Shown here piece by piece: positions 63,831-64,000 of a DNA stretch of 64,000 bases. The stretch is from Flavobacteriaceae bacterium. GTDB taxonomy: Bacteria > Bacteroidota > Bacteroidia > Flavobacteriales > Flavobacteriaceae. Where the stretch lies: positions 77,259-141,258 of the forward strand of contig JAXMNU010000006.1 of NCBI GenBank assembly GCA_034670265.1, in the 5' to 3' direction. Both the position numbers and the translations under genes were made by a program. Below the pieces are notes generated by a model. That model made no database searches and was not told where the DNA came from. It was given only the letters and a program-made list of their open reading frames with translations. Numbering within the stretch: position 1 is the stretch's first letter; the number at the start of each line of letters is the position of its first letter.

Positions 63831-64000
63831 TTAGTAACCTGGGTTTTGTACCAAATTTGGATTAGCGTCCAATGATTCCTGGGCTAGAGGTAACTGAAAT
63901 TTATTATCCCCAGCAGGAATATTTTGCACATCAGATGGTGTTCCTGTTCCGTCTGCAAGATCTCCAGCGCCACCTCTTTGTAAAGGTAATCCCCATCTTT
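63831..64000 (-). CDS. SusD/RagB family protein, C-terminal fragment (continues beyond window)
   Basis: Hand translation of the minus strand ends ...GDNKFQLPLAQESLDANPNLVQNPGY*, the canonical SusD-family C-terminus. Confidence 0.75.
   Translation of the reverse strand, partial: RWGLPLQRGGAGDLADGTGTPSDVQNIPAGDNKFQLPLAQESLDANPNLVQNPGY

Noticed and set aside
1-64000. CRISPR arrays, transposases/IS elements, prophage genes, toxin-antitoxin or known defence-system genes
   Set aside because: Reading all track ORFs and the intergenic gaps, I found no regularly spaced direct repeats, no DDE/serine/tyrosine recombinase-like proteins, and no nuclease/helicase/reverse-transcriptase combinations. RadC here is the ordinary conserved JAB-domain gene.

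Overview
AT-rich chromosomal segment that reads as a Flavobacteriia (Bacteroidota) core-genome region. The markers are GldJ, PorU and PorV (gliding/type IX secretion), five proteins ending in T9SS C-terminal sorting domains, SusC/SusD pairs, and repeated TAnnTTTG (-7) promoter boxes. I call about 57 protein genes, including two small ones that the ORF track missed. I also call two tRNA-Val genes (UAC and GAC), several palindromic rho-independent terminators and a few short repeats. Most genes are housekeeping: folC, murF, mpl, cdd, pdhA plus E2, gcvP, purEK, adk, obg, rarA, rlmB, radC and an M3 peptidase. I saw no rRNA, CRISPR array, transposase, integrase, phage gene or recognisable defence system. 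The parts that look under-described are listed below.
- A tightly coupled three-gene envelope module (lipoprotein, beta-barrel, secreted protein) at 50.9-53.6 kb.
- An ECF sigma factor translationally coupled to an 80-aa, TM-less anti-sigma with an HxxxCxxC motif.
- Tandem Cys-capped LRR T9SS surface proteins.
- Two enzyme-less SusC/D loci, each followed by a small lipoprotein.
- An Fe-S (6-4) photolyase-like gene coupled to a TIGR03643-type small protein, wedged between the two tRNA-Val genes.
- A GC-rich 12-mer shared by the tRNA-Val and adk-obg promoters.
- Apparent leaderless transcripts.
All family names come from motif and architecture recognition by eye. No database search or computation was run, so family-level calls and all functional ideas need confirmation.
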